Positions 8,926-16,235 of a DNA stretch of 18,418 bases are shown one piece after another. Each line of letters starts with the position of its first letter. The stretch's first letter is position 1. The translations under genes and the position numbers were made by a program. This DNA is from Promethearchaeota archaeon (GTDB taxonomy: Archaea > Asgardarchaeota > Hermodarchaeia > Hermodarchaeales > Hermodarchaeaceae): positions 1 through 18,418 of the forward strand of contig JBHLPR010000042.1 of NCBI GenBank assembly GCA_048939245.1, read 5' to 3'. Below the pieces are notes generated by a model. It had not been told where the DNA came from. It ran no database searches and worked only from the letters and a program-made list of their open reading frames with translations.

Positions 8926-9906
8926 CGGACGATGGCGCATAAGAAATGCTGAGGTTTCTTGAAGATTCGGAAATAGTGATTGATTGGGACGGCGCATTAC
9001 ACGAAGGGCAGCTACTGCATTAGCAAAGACGGCGGCTCGTCCCATGGTTGCCCCCGAAAGCATGCTTGCAGCAAATCCGGCATCGAAGGCATCACCTGCG
9101 GCCGTGGTGTCGACAACTTCAACATTAAACCCAGGAACCAGGGCCTGCTCACGTTTGGACGCCAATAAACAACCTTTTGCACCTAATTTCACAACGAGGG
9201 TTGGTGCTCCAGCTTCGAGAAGGACTTCCGCTCCTTTTCGAGGACTACGTTTTCCTGTCAGGGCTTTCAACTCGTCGATATTGGGAAAGAAAATATCAAC
9301 ATGCTCAAGTAAATCCATTACTTGCTGGGTAGTCTCGTCAGACCAACCTGTGGGATCCCAGCCTGTATCTAAAGAAGTTGTTGCTCCCCGCGATTGGGCT
9401 GTTTTTAGTAATTTAATAGTAGGTTTACCTTGTAGAGAATCAAGCAGGTTATATCCAGCAATATGTACCCAGCGTGGGGGGCTATCAGTGGTCAAGCATT
9501 TACTCAAGACATTAAATTGTAATTCCGCAATGGTGCCTTGATAGGTGATGAAAGCACGCTCGCCATCTTTCCGAATTATCGCGACGGTTACACCAGTCGA
9601 GGAGTCTTCAACCAGCTGTAAACATCTTGTATCCACATTCGCATCGCGAAAAGCCTTCAGCACAATTTCACCAAAGGAATCGACGGCTAATCGACCAGCA
9701 AATCCTGTTTTCACTCCGAGGCTAGCCCCACAAATCGCAAAATTGGCCGCAGATCCTGCTGCCCGTAGATTGAGGTTCGGGACAACAATTTCCTGTCCAA
9801 AGCGTGGTAACTTTTCCAAAGAGGAAAAGACCAACTCGACATTTGCATCTCCAACGGAGAGGAGTTGGACAGCAGTGGAAACCAACGTACCCGTACGGTG
9901 TTCCAT
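8914..9906 (-). CDS. PfkB-family carbohydrate kinase
   Basis: AAGSAANFA, FFPNIDE, VVKLGAKG and the DTTAAGDAF signature. Overlaps the convergent amidohydrolase 3' end by 12 nt. Confidence 0.93.
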   Translation of the reverse strand: MEHRTGTLVSTAVQLLSVGDANVELVFSSLEKLPRFGQEIVVPNLNLRAAGSAANFAICGASLGVKTGFAGRLAVDSFGEIVLKAFRDANVDTRCLQLVEDSSTGVTVAIIRKDGERAFITYQGTIAELQFNVLSKCLTTDSPPRWVHIAGYNLLDSLQGKPTIKLLKTAQSRGATTSLDTGWDPTGWSDETTQQVMDLLEHVDIFFPNIDELKALTGKRSPRKGAEVLLEAGAPTLVVKLGAKGCLLASKREQALVPGFNVEVVDTTAAGDAFDAGFAASMLSGATMGRAAVFANAVAALRVMRRPNQSLFPNLQETSAFLMRHRPLEA

Positions 9907-9985
9907 TTAATTTCCTCCAATAATAAGCCGATGTGTGGCACATTATAGTTAAGATTTGAGTGAAAAGCATATCCTCTTTCCTAGA

Positions 9986-10079
9986 CCGGCAAAAAGAAGG
10001 GAGTGTGAACGCTAATGCTATAGACTAGCAGGGCGTTCTCACCTGCCGGAATGGCGTACCTAGCAATCTATGATTGCTG
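9986..10079 (-). terminator. Structured 3' region / terminator downstream of alba
   Basis: Nested stems 9986-9991/10044-10049, 10003-10012/10033-10042 and 10016-10020/10026-10030, plus a hairpin at 10062-10078. On the minus strand a CCCTTCTTTTT tract follows the main stem. Confidence 0.55.
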
Positions 10080-10112
10080 GATTGGTCCGTGGTTCAGAGG
10101 TAGTATGCGGTA

Positions 10113-10583
10113 TTATTTTGTTCCGCGAACCAATGTAATCTCCATTGCTGAGACGTTCGCGACGTTGCCTTCGGCGGTTTTGACCTGCTCTGTCGAGATG
10201 TCGATATTGTTCACAACGAGATCAGGCATGAATCGGTTTCGTAGCACCTCAGCAACGTCTACGGCGCGGCTGATGGCTCGTCCCCGGGCCTTGATCACGA
10301 GTTCATCGGGGTTTCGGTTGAGTTGCGTAACACAGGCAGTGATATAGCTCATTAACGGTTTACTGCCAACAAAGACGACGCTTTCGTCGCGTCGTGACTT
10401 GGGGGCTTCCGCTTTAGCTTCTGCCTTAGCTTCTGCCTTAGCTTCAGCTTTGGGTTTAGGTTCTTTTTTCTTCGGAGCCTTGGCTTTTGGTTCTTCAGCC
10501 TTGGGCTCTTCCGCTTTAGCTTCTTCAGGTTTTGGAGTCTCAGCAGATTCTGTTTCTTTAGACATTTTGGGAGTTTCCTCCAT
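10113..10583 (-). CDS. albA: DNA/RNA-binding protein Alba with a long low-complexity N-terminal extension
   Basis: [27 protein letters not shown] and NVSAMEITL Alba signature, preceded by about 62 aa rich in K/E/A/P. Confidence 0.95.
   Translation of the reverse strand: MEETPKMSKETESAETPKPEEAKAEEPKAEEPKAKAPKKKEPKPKAEAKAEAKAEAKAEAPKSRRDESVVFVGSKPLMSYITACVTQLNRNPDELVIKARGRAISRAVDVAEVLRNRFMPDLVVNNIDISTEQVKTAEGNVANVSAMEITLVRGTK
10405..10452. repeat. Four imperfect 12-bp tandem repeats encoding (KAEA)4 in the Alba tail
   Basis: GCTTCCGCTTTA GCTTCTGCCTTA GCTTCTGCCTTA GCTTCAGCTTTG. Confidence 0.85.
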
Positions 10584-10662
10584 CTCTAGTGTGTTTGTAT
10601 GCTGGTTTCACCAGTTGTCCAGTGACGTATTATAGAAGGGATTAGGAGCGCCTCCTATAACA

Positions 10663-10699
10663 TGGTGAGGAGAACCGATACCTCGCCACGAACTTTAAA
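10663..10699 (-). promoter_or_regulatory. Putative alba promoter: TTTAAA box (10694-10699) with an adjacent downstream inverted repeat
   Basis: TGGTGAGG (10663-10670) and CCTCGCCA (10681-10688) are 7/8 complementary and lie between the TATA-like box and the likely start site. Confidence 0.4.
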
Positions 10700-10747
10700 G
10701 TGTTTGGTTTGACCCCAGAAATTCTTTGTCTAGATATAAGATAGGAA

Positions 10748-11833
10748 TTAATCAGTTTCTTTTTGAAATTTTAACTTATAGACAATCCAAATAATGAGAA
10801 CACCAATGATTAATGGAATCAGCCCCAGTAGAATAAGTTGACCAGGGGCCAATGGATACCCAGTCGGTGTGAAGTAGGTTGGAAGTTGTAATTGCGTTTC
10901 CATGAACGCTTCAACAACCCGCCCTACAATTTCAAGAGAAGCAGATGAGCATTTATCCGGAGTATCTTCAAGTGTATGCCAAAAGGGATAGGTAAAATCA
11001 ATAATATCCACAGCAGGAATGCCTGCGTCTAGGAAGGGACGGTGATCGTCAATTAAGTATGGACCAGGGGTATCCAAAAAAACATCTTCATAGTTAAGGT
11101 CAGCAGCTGTTTGCCAAATTGCATCTACTAAATCGGGAGTAGAGGATCTTTCCCGTGGAAGTTGAAGGCTATTATCACCAATCATATCCAAGAGAATGAC
11201 CGCTCTGATAGTGGATTTTTGAGAAAGAGTTAGGTTATTCACAAAGTAGGTGGATCCAACAATCCAGTCCCAACCGTCATAATTCCCTGAGTCTTCTGCA
11301 TCCACAAAGAGCAGCATTGTTACAGCTTTCGCTTCCTCAGGTAATACATCTGCTAGCTCCATCAACACTGCAACGCCACTTGCTCCATCGTTGGCTCCTA
11401 AAATGGGATGTGATCGATTCAGTGGATCCGGGTCACTATCTGCTACTGGGCGAGTATCATAATGGGCTAATAGCACATAGTGTGGATTAGAAGCCCCCGC
11501 GAGTATATTACGAAGCTGAGTGTTCTGATGGGTCCAGGTTTGTGTTTCAACTACCCAATTCTTATCCTCAAGTGTTTGAATGATATAATTGCCACATTCT
11601 GTCAGGTTGCTGGATCCGGGAGGGCGGGGTCCAAAGGCACATTGGTCTTCGAGGTAGGTGAACGCTTGTGTACCATTAAACTCCAATTGTTGTTGCACAG
11701 GAGAACCACCATGATAGTTACTAAATATTTGATCCGGATAAGGAGTGCAGGTTATTTGTAGTAGGGGAAAAAGCAGAAGAAAAAAGAACAGTAGGGTGAG
11801 TAGCGTGAATTGCTGTGGAAGAATTCGATTCAT
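10748..11833 (-). CDS. M28-family zinc enzyme, glutaminyl cyclase-like, with signal peptide and C-terminal TM anchor
   Basis: FGPRPPGS, AHYDTRP, GANDGASGVAVLMELA, DAED, LLDMIG, DDHRPF and WHTLEDT; hydrophobic N- and C-termini. Confidence 0.88.
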   Translation of the reverse strand: MNRILPQQFTLLTLLFFFLLLFPLLQITCTPYPDQIFSNYHGGSPVQQQLEFNGTQAFTYLEDQCAFGPRPPGSSNLTECGNYIIQTLEDKNWVVETQTWTHQNTQLRNILAGASNPHYVLLAHYDTRPVADSDPDPLNRSHPILGANDGASGVAVLMELADVLPEEAKAVTMLLFVDAEDSGNYDGWDWIVGSTYFVNNLTLSQKSTIRAVILLDMIGDNSLQLPRERSSTPDLVDAIWQTAADLNYEDVFLDTPGPYLIDDHRPFLDAGIPAVDIIDFTYPFWHTLEDTPDKCSSASLEIVGRVVEAFMETQLQLPTYFTPTGYPLAPGQLILLGLIPLIIGVLIIWIVYKLKFQKETD

Positions 11834-11933
11834 AGATGTCCGGAGTTCCTGAAGCAGCGTATTAATTAGAGAGTAGTCAGAAAACCCGAAACCTATAAAA
11901 GTAGTGGACTGGTGCCTCTCTTTTCGCCATTAG

Positions 11934-12329
11934 GTGGCTGATATGTCTAAAGATGCCGATGAGCTCAAACGTATCCGAGAACGCAAGATGCAAGCGTTGA
12001 TTAAAGAGCAAGAGCGTCGTGCAGCTATCAAGGATGAAGTTGAAGAACGAGAAAAGGAGCGGGAACAGATAATCGATGTTCTCTTTTTACCAGATGCGGT
12101 TGCATACCTCAAGGAATTGAAAAAAACTAAGCCAACAATAGCTCATCGGATAGAAGATTTAGCGATTGCTCTTTACTTGCGAAAACAGCTTGTTAATCGA
12201 ATTCCTAAAAGCGGTGTAATTCTAGTCCAACGCAAAATAGAAGGTGTCGAACCTAAGATTACTGTAAAACGCCGAGGCGAAGATGAAGTTAGTTTCTATG
12301 AAGCCGTTAAGAAAGATTTGGCAAAATAA
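11934..12329 (+). CDS. PDCD5/TFAR19-like (dsDNA_bind) DNA-binding protein, divergent
   Basis: DELKRIRERKMQAL N-terminus, K-P-x-x-A..IE helix, and KITVKRR C-terminal motif. TATAAAA at about 11894-11900. The start may be ATG 11943. Confidence 0.8.
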   Translation: MADMSKDADELKRIRERKMQALIKEQERRAAIKDEVEEREKEREQIIDVLFLPDAVAYLKELKKTKPTIAHRIEDLAIALYLRKQLVNRIPKSGVILVQRKIEGVEPKITVKRRGEDEVSFYEAVKKDLAK

Positions 12330-12402
12330 GGGGAACAACCTAGCGACCCGAAGCCACCATATACATGTCGCCAGCAGCGATTCTATTGAAAAGGTTAAGC
12401 AT

Positions 12403-12888
12403 CTAATATGCCGCGGCGTGAGTTTCTCCAGTTAAGGTCTCTTTTAAAATCTGACCTCGCCTATTTTGGAGTGAGACTCTTACCACACTAACAGCATTAG
12501 CTCCCCATACCGTTCGTTTAACATCTCTTTCCAGCATTTTAACTGCGGAATCATTGCTTAGTTCCTGGAATGCCCCAGGCCCTAGGTGAAGCAAAAGATG
12601 AAGGATTGTTCCCGCTTCTTGAAATAGAGGATCAGGAGTTATGTCTAAATCCGCCTCTTCAGCTGTTATTGTCATCGGCAGGGGTTTCCAATTGAAATAT
12701 CGTTTACGAGCTTCCTTGCGAATATCCACTAATCCTGCACAACATAGCACTTCGATTACATCATAGAGTCGTCGTTTTTCTTGGAGTGGCAAGCCTAAGT
12801 GCATAAGAAGTGTATTAGCAGTGTATTCTTGATCGGGATGTTCCTGTAAAAAGGCAATAACGTGTCTGGCAACCTCGCCTAACTTCAT
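12403..12888 (-). CDS. E2F/DP-like winged-helix DNA-binding domain protein with an unknown C-terminal domain
   Basis: Residues 1-70 contain KRRLYDVIEVLCCAGLV...KRYFNW, matching the E2F/DP consensus RR(I/L)YDxxNVLxxxGL(I/V)...W. GAGG RBS upstream. Confidence 0.8.
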   Translation of the reverse strand: MKLGEVARHVIAFLQEHPDQEYTANTLLMHLGLPLQEKRRLYDVIEVLCCAGLVDIRKEARKRYFNWKPLPMTITAEEADLDITPDPLFQEAGTILHLLLHLGPGAFQELSNDSAVKMLERDVKRTVWGANAVSVVRVSLQNRRGQILKETLTGETHAAAY

Positions 12889-12910
12889 ATCGATATCCTC
12901 GCCCAGTCCA

Positions 12911-13004
12911 TAACACTCTAAGGCAAGCTACATATTACTCTCCAAGAGTTAGCCTAATGAAGGCTATTCCAGCGAATCCGAGAGTAGCTTCCCTCAAAGC
13001 ATCA
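12911..13004 (-). ncRNA. Putative structured 5' leader RNA (multibranch) of the E2F/DP-like gene
   Basis: On the minus strand, TGATGCTTTGAGGGAAGCTAC pairs with GTAGCTTGCCTTAGAGTGTTA (one mismatch, several G-U pairs) and encloses three short hairpins. A TTTTTAA box lies about 30 nt upstream. Confidence 0.5.
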
Positions 13005-13196
13005 AGTGTATCTTTACCCTTTCCATTTCTTGTTAAAAAGAGCTGGTATTACGCATTGACATTCCTAAAATATTCTTAGAACAGTTATTTAGAAAGACGC
13101 ACCCAGCTCTGATACAATAGTATTGATGAGTCAGTAAAAGGAGAGAGCTTATATCAGTTGTTTCATGCTAGTAGAGTTGGGGCAAGGCTGGTCGGA

Positions 13197-14450
13197 ATGC
13201 GGAAGAGTCGCCTAGGAATTATTCTCGTCGTCCTCTTACTACTTTTGATTGGAGCGACATTGCCTCCCCGCGTTTCGGCTTTTAATTATGTTCACTACTG
13301 GAGAATTAACTTCGCTGGATCTATTGAGGTCACCGGAAATGAATCAATGCCAATAACACCATATTGGAATTACATCGGTAACACGAGCTGGCAGACCTGT
13401 GAGCTGCTTTCCTTTGAAATGACCCTGAATGACACCCCGATAGTGATTACAGGGATGGGTGTTGACATCGATGGAAATCCTCGCTTAACACTTAATTTGT
13501 CTTCAGGGTTACAACCCGAAGAGGTTCTGAGATGGGATGAAGAATGGTTATTCACCGTTGCGAATCGCCGTCCCGCCCTTCCACCCATTAGCGAACTCCG
13601 TTCAGGTCGGGTCGATGAGATTGAAAACCTAATGGATGTCGATGAGTTACTCAGATATACTCAGGCAACGACATTATGGAAAAGGTGGAATAGCAATCTT
13701 ACTGAAATTGCAGAGCTTATACGTGATGGACTAGCGGAAGACCAACAAGATAATGTTCTAAGCCTATTATTTGCCAGTATTCAGTGGATTCAAAACACCA
13801 TTATTCGTTCAGGTGGTGTAACAGAGCCCCAATATCCTGAAGAAACCATTATGAGCCAAATTGGAGATTGTGATGACCAATCCAATCTTCTAATTGTGCT
13901 CCTCCGAATTTTTAATATCCCATGTTACTTAACAACGGGCCATTGGTTTCAAGATGGTGCCCGAACGAGCGGATTCCTCTGGGGTTCTATAAGTGAAAAC
14001 GCCTACCGTTATGTTGATTACCAAAACTCTGTGGGACATGGTTGGGCTATGGTATTTGTTCCACCCTGGGGCTGGTTACCTTTTGATTTGTTTGCATTAG
14101 AGCCGGGATCAGATCCTGAGGAAGCATATACGAATTCGCTTTTCGCTTCAAGCCTACCATTTGCGAGCCTCTGGCAAATTATTACCAGCGACTATATCGC
14201 TAAACGACGAACAGAACAGGCGAGCTTGTTTACGTATCAGGTTCATCGTATAGAAATTGAAGAATGGACCTCACTTGGTTCAGTTCCAATTATTGATGCC
14301 GAATACTTGTTGACGAATGTAGCAACACTAATTGTTCTTATTATCACTCTGGGCTTTTTGACATTTCTTGTGGGAGTAGCTATTCGAAAACAGCCACAGG
14401 AGGAGCTAAAACATGACTCCACGACTCGCACCCAGTACACTTTACACTGA
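13197..14450 (+). CDS. Transglutaminase-like (Transglut_core) protein, exported and C-terminally membrane-anchored
   Basis: Cys-His-Asp triad motifs GDCDDQSNL, GHGWAMVF and GWLPFD. Signal peptide after MRKSR (ATG 13197; the ORF track starts at 13158) and a C-terminal TM helix. Overlaps bshC by 38 nt. Confidence 0.85.
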   Translation: MRKSRLGIILVVLLLLLIGATLPPRVSAFNYVHYWRINFAGSIEVTGNESMPITPYWNYIGNTSWQTCELLSFEMTLNDTPIVITGMGVDIDGNPRLTLNLSSGLQPEEVLRWDEEWLFTVANRRPALPPISELRSGRVDEIENLMDVDELLRYTQATTLWKRWNSNLTEIAELIRDGLAEDQQDNVLSLLFASIQWIQNTIIRSGGVTEPQYPEETIMSQIGDCDDQSNLLIVLLRIFNIPCYLTTGHWFQDGARTSGFLWGSISENAYRYVDYQNSVGHGWAMVFVPPWGWLPFDLFALEPGSDPEEAYTNSLFASSLPFASLWQIITSDYIAKRRTEQASLFTYQVHRIEIEEWTSLGSVPIIDAEYLLTNVATLIVLIITLGFLTFLVGVAIRKQPQEELKHDSTTRTQYTLH

Positions 14451-16182
14451 ATACATATTCGATGACAATGAAGCCGCCCTACAATTCTGGGGACCAATTC
14501 CAAAGAACATCAAAGAAGCAATCAATCTAAGCACATCATTGATAGACGCATACCACAAAACACAACCAGTTTTCACTCAAGAACGCTTTCATGACCTCAT
14601 TAAAAGCCTCGAAGCAATCCATAAAAAATTCGACATGTTCTCACCACAGGTGAAAGAGAACCTTGCTAATCTCCAACAACAAGGCGCAGTAATTGAAGCA
14701 GGACATCAACCCGCCCTGTTAGGTGGACCCGGCTTCGTGATAAACAAAATCGCAGCAATAACCAAAATCGCATTAATACAACAAACAACCCCCCTCATGT
14801 TTGTTGGTGATCACGACCATGAGCAGAAAGAATTGACCGTCATTCACCTTCCCAGTCCTGGACCACGGGGATTAACCTTTTCCTTACCTATCTCCCGCGA
14901 ATTCAGGATGTCTCCTATGCACGTGCTTCCTCTGCCTCCCAAAAAATGGCTAAAAAACGTGGTTGATAAAATCACAGCAACATATCATGAATTAGTAATT
15001 GGGTCCGCTAAACAAAATATAGAAGATTATGAACAACGCCTGAAAATTTTACGCACACTTCTTGAAACAACCTATAACAGAGCAAATAGTATTGCCGAAT
15101 GGACAATCAGACTTTGGCATCAAATTACCAATATCACTCAGGATAGTGGTGTACTCTTCCAGAGCTTCTCCTACCCAGCGATTCGCGAACTCATGTTGCC
15201 TGCATTTGAATATCTACTCAGAGATACAAATCGACAAAATCTCATTAAAGCTTTGAATACTAGCGCGGAAAAACTCGAACAACTCGGATACGAACCAGGC
15301 ATTGGAAAAAGAGCTGAGAATTATGTGCCATTCCATCTTGAATGCCCAACCACCGAGTGTAATCGAACCCGCTTGGACCCCACAATTACCTCAAACCCAT
15401 CAGAGCCACACATCACCATCTCTGCCCAGTGTCCCAAATGTAAGGTCACACACACCATTGAGGTAAAAACAACAGCTCCGGACCTAGCTGACTGGAAGAC
15501 CTATCTTTCCCCCCGCGTCGATACACGTGCATTTCTTGTGCAAAGTTACACACCAGTCATTCTTCATGTTGGAGGAGCAGGGGAAACCAGCTATCATGCC
15601 CAAGTAATACCAGCCCTTCAGGCAACTAACAGTGTAGCTCCAATTTTCTATCGCTATACCCGAATATACTATGAAAACCCCTGGTCGAAAAGTCTCGCTC
15701 AAAAACTTGCACGTGAAAAGTTAATGCCTTTGAATCACGAGGAACTGCTATGCTTTGAAGCAGCGATTAATACAGGATATGCTGAGGAAAATACTGGAGT
15801 TGTGCAATCACTTTTCGCTGCCAGTCAAGAACATATCACTGATACCATCGAACGGTTGATTGAAGCGGAATCTCAACTGGAAAAAGAACGAAACGAATCC
15901 ATCAACCACCAACGTGAAATCACGGATTTGACACTAACGAAGGAAAACCAAGCGAAGATAGGACGCCTTACACGCCGTCGCCAAATACTACAAACCTATC
16001 TATCTCAAATGTTTGGTCGCTATTCCGTCGAACGTCTTGGACAGGAAGTAAGCTATCTTTGGCTTGATGCCGCCATATCAATACACCCAAACCATCACTT
16101 CAGCCGGCTTCTCGCGCATTATCAAAAATATACTCCGTCATCAGCCACATTTTATTTGGTCAACCAGGGGATGCAGCAGTAG
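14413..16182 (+). CDS. bshC: Bacillithiol biosynthesis cysteine-adding enzyme BshC, divergent, with a Cys4 insertion
   Basis: IEAGHQPALLGGPGFVINK (cf. TGQQxGLxxGPLYxxxK), GDHDHEQKEL (cf. EDHDFxE), LSPRVDTR (cf. FSPNVxxR), HVGGAGETSYHAQ (cf. YVGGPGExxYxAQ), a C-terminal coiled coil, and location next to bshA. Confidence 0.8.
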   Translation: MTPRLAPSTLYTEYIFDDNEAALQFWGPIPKNIKEAINLSTSLIDAYHKTQPVFTQERFHDLIKSLEAIHKKFDMFSPQVKENLANLQQQGAVIEAGHQPALLGGPGFVINKIAAITKIALIQQTTPLMFVGDHDHEQKELTVIHLPSPGPRGLTFSLPISREFRMSPMHVLPLPPKKWLKNVVDKITATYHELVIGSAKQNIEDYEQRLKILRTLLETTYNRANSIAEWTIRLWHQITNITQDSGVLFQSFSYPAIRELMLPAFEYLLRDTNRQNLIKALNTSAEKLEQLGYEPGIGKRAENYVPFHLECPTTECNRTRLDPTITSNPSEPHITISAQCPKCKVTHTIEVKTTAPDLADWKTYLSPRVDTRAFLVQSYTPVILHVGGAGETSYHAQVIPALQATNSVAPIFYRYTRIYYENPWSKSLAQKLAREKLMPLNHEELLCFEAAINTGYAEENTGVVQSLFAASQEHITDTIERLIEAESQLEKERNESINHQREITDLTLTKENQAKIGRLTRRRQILQTYLSQMFGRYSVERLGQEVSYLWLDAAISIHPNHHFSRLLAHYQKYTPSSATFYLVNQGMQQ

Positions 16183-16235
16183 GACATGGTAAGACTATTT
16201 TTATTGGCCTGCTCCTCAAGTTTCAACGAATCATC

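Noticed and set aside
8984-9910. Plus-strand ORFs of 185 and 121 aa
   Set aside because: Antisense shadows of the PfkB kinase.
10405-10452. Tandem repeats as a CRISPR array
   Set aside because: 12-bp coding repeats with no spacers and no cas genes.
10399-10635. (ASAL)n repeat ORF on the plus strand
   Set aside because: Reverse-complement reading of the Alba tail repeats.
12887-12896. Perfect palindrome ATATCGATAT over the E2F-like start codon
   Set aside because: A single 10-bp palindrome is expected by chance in 18 kb.
12911-13004. Cloverleaf-like fold as a tRNA
   Set aside because: No T-loop GTTC motif or D-loop consensus, and the arm sizes are wrong.
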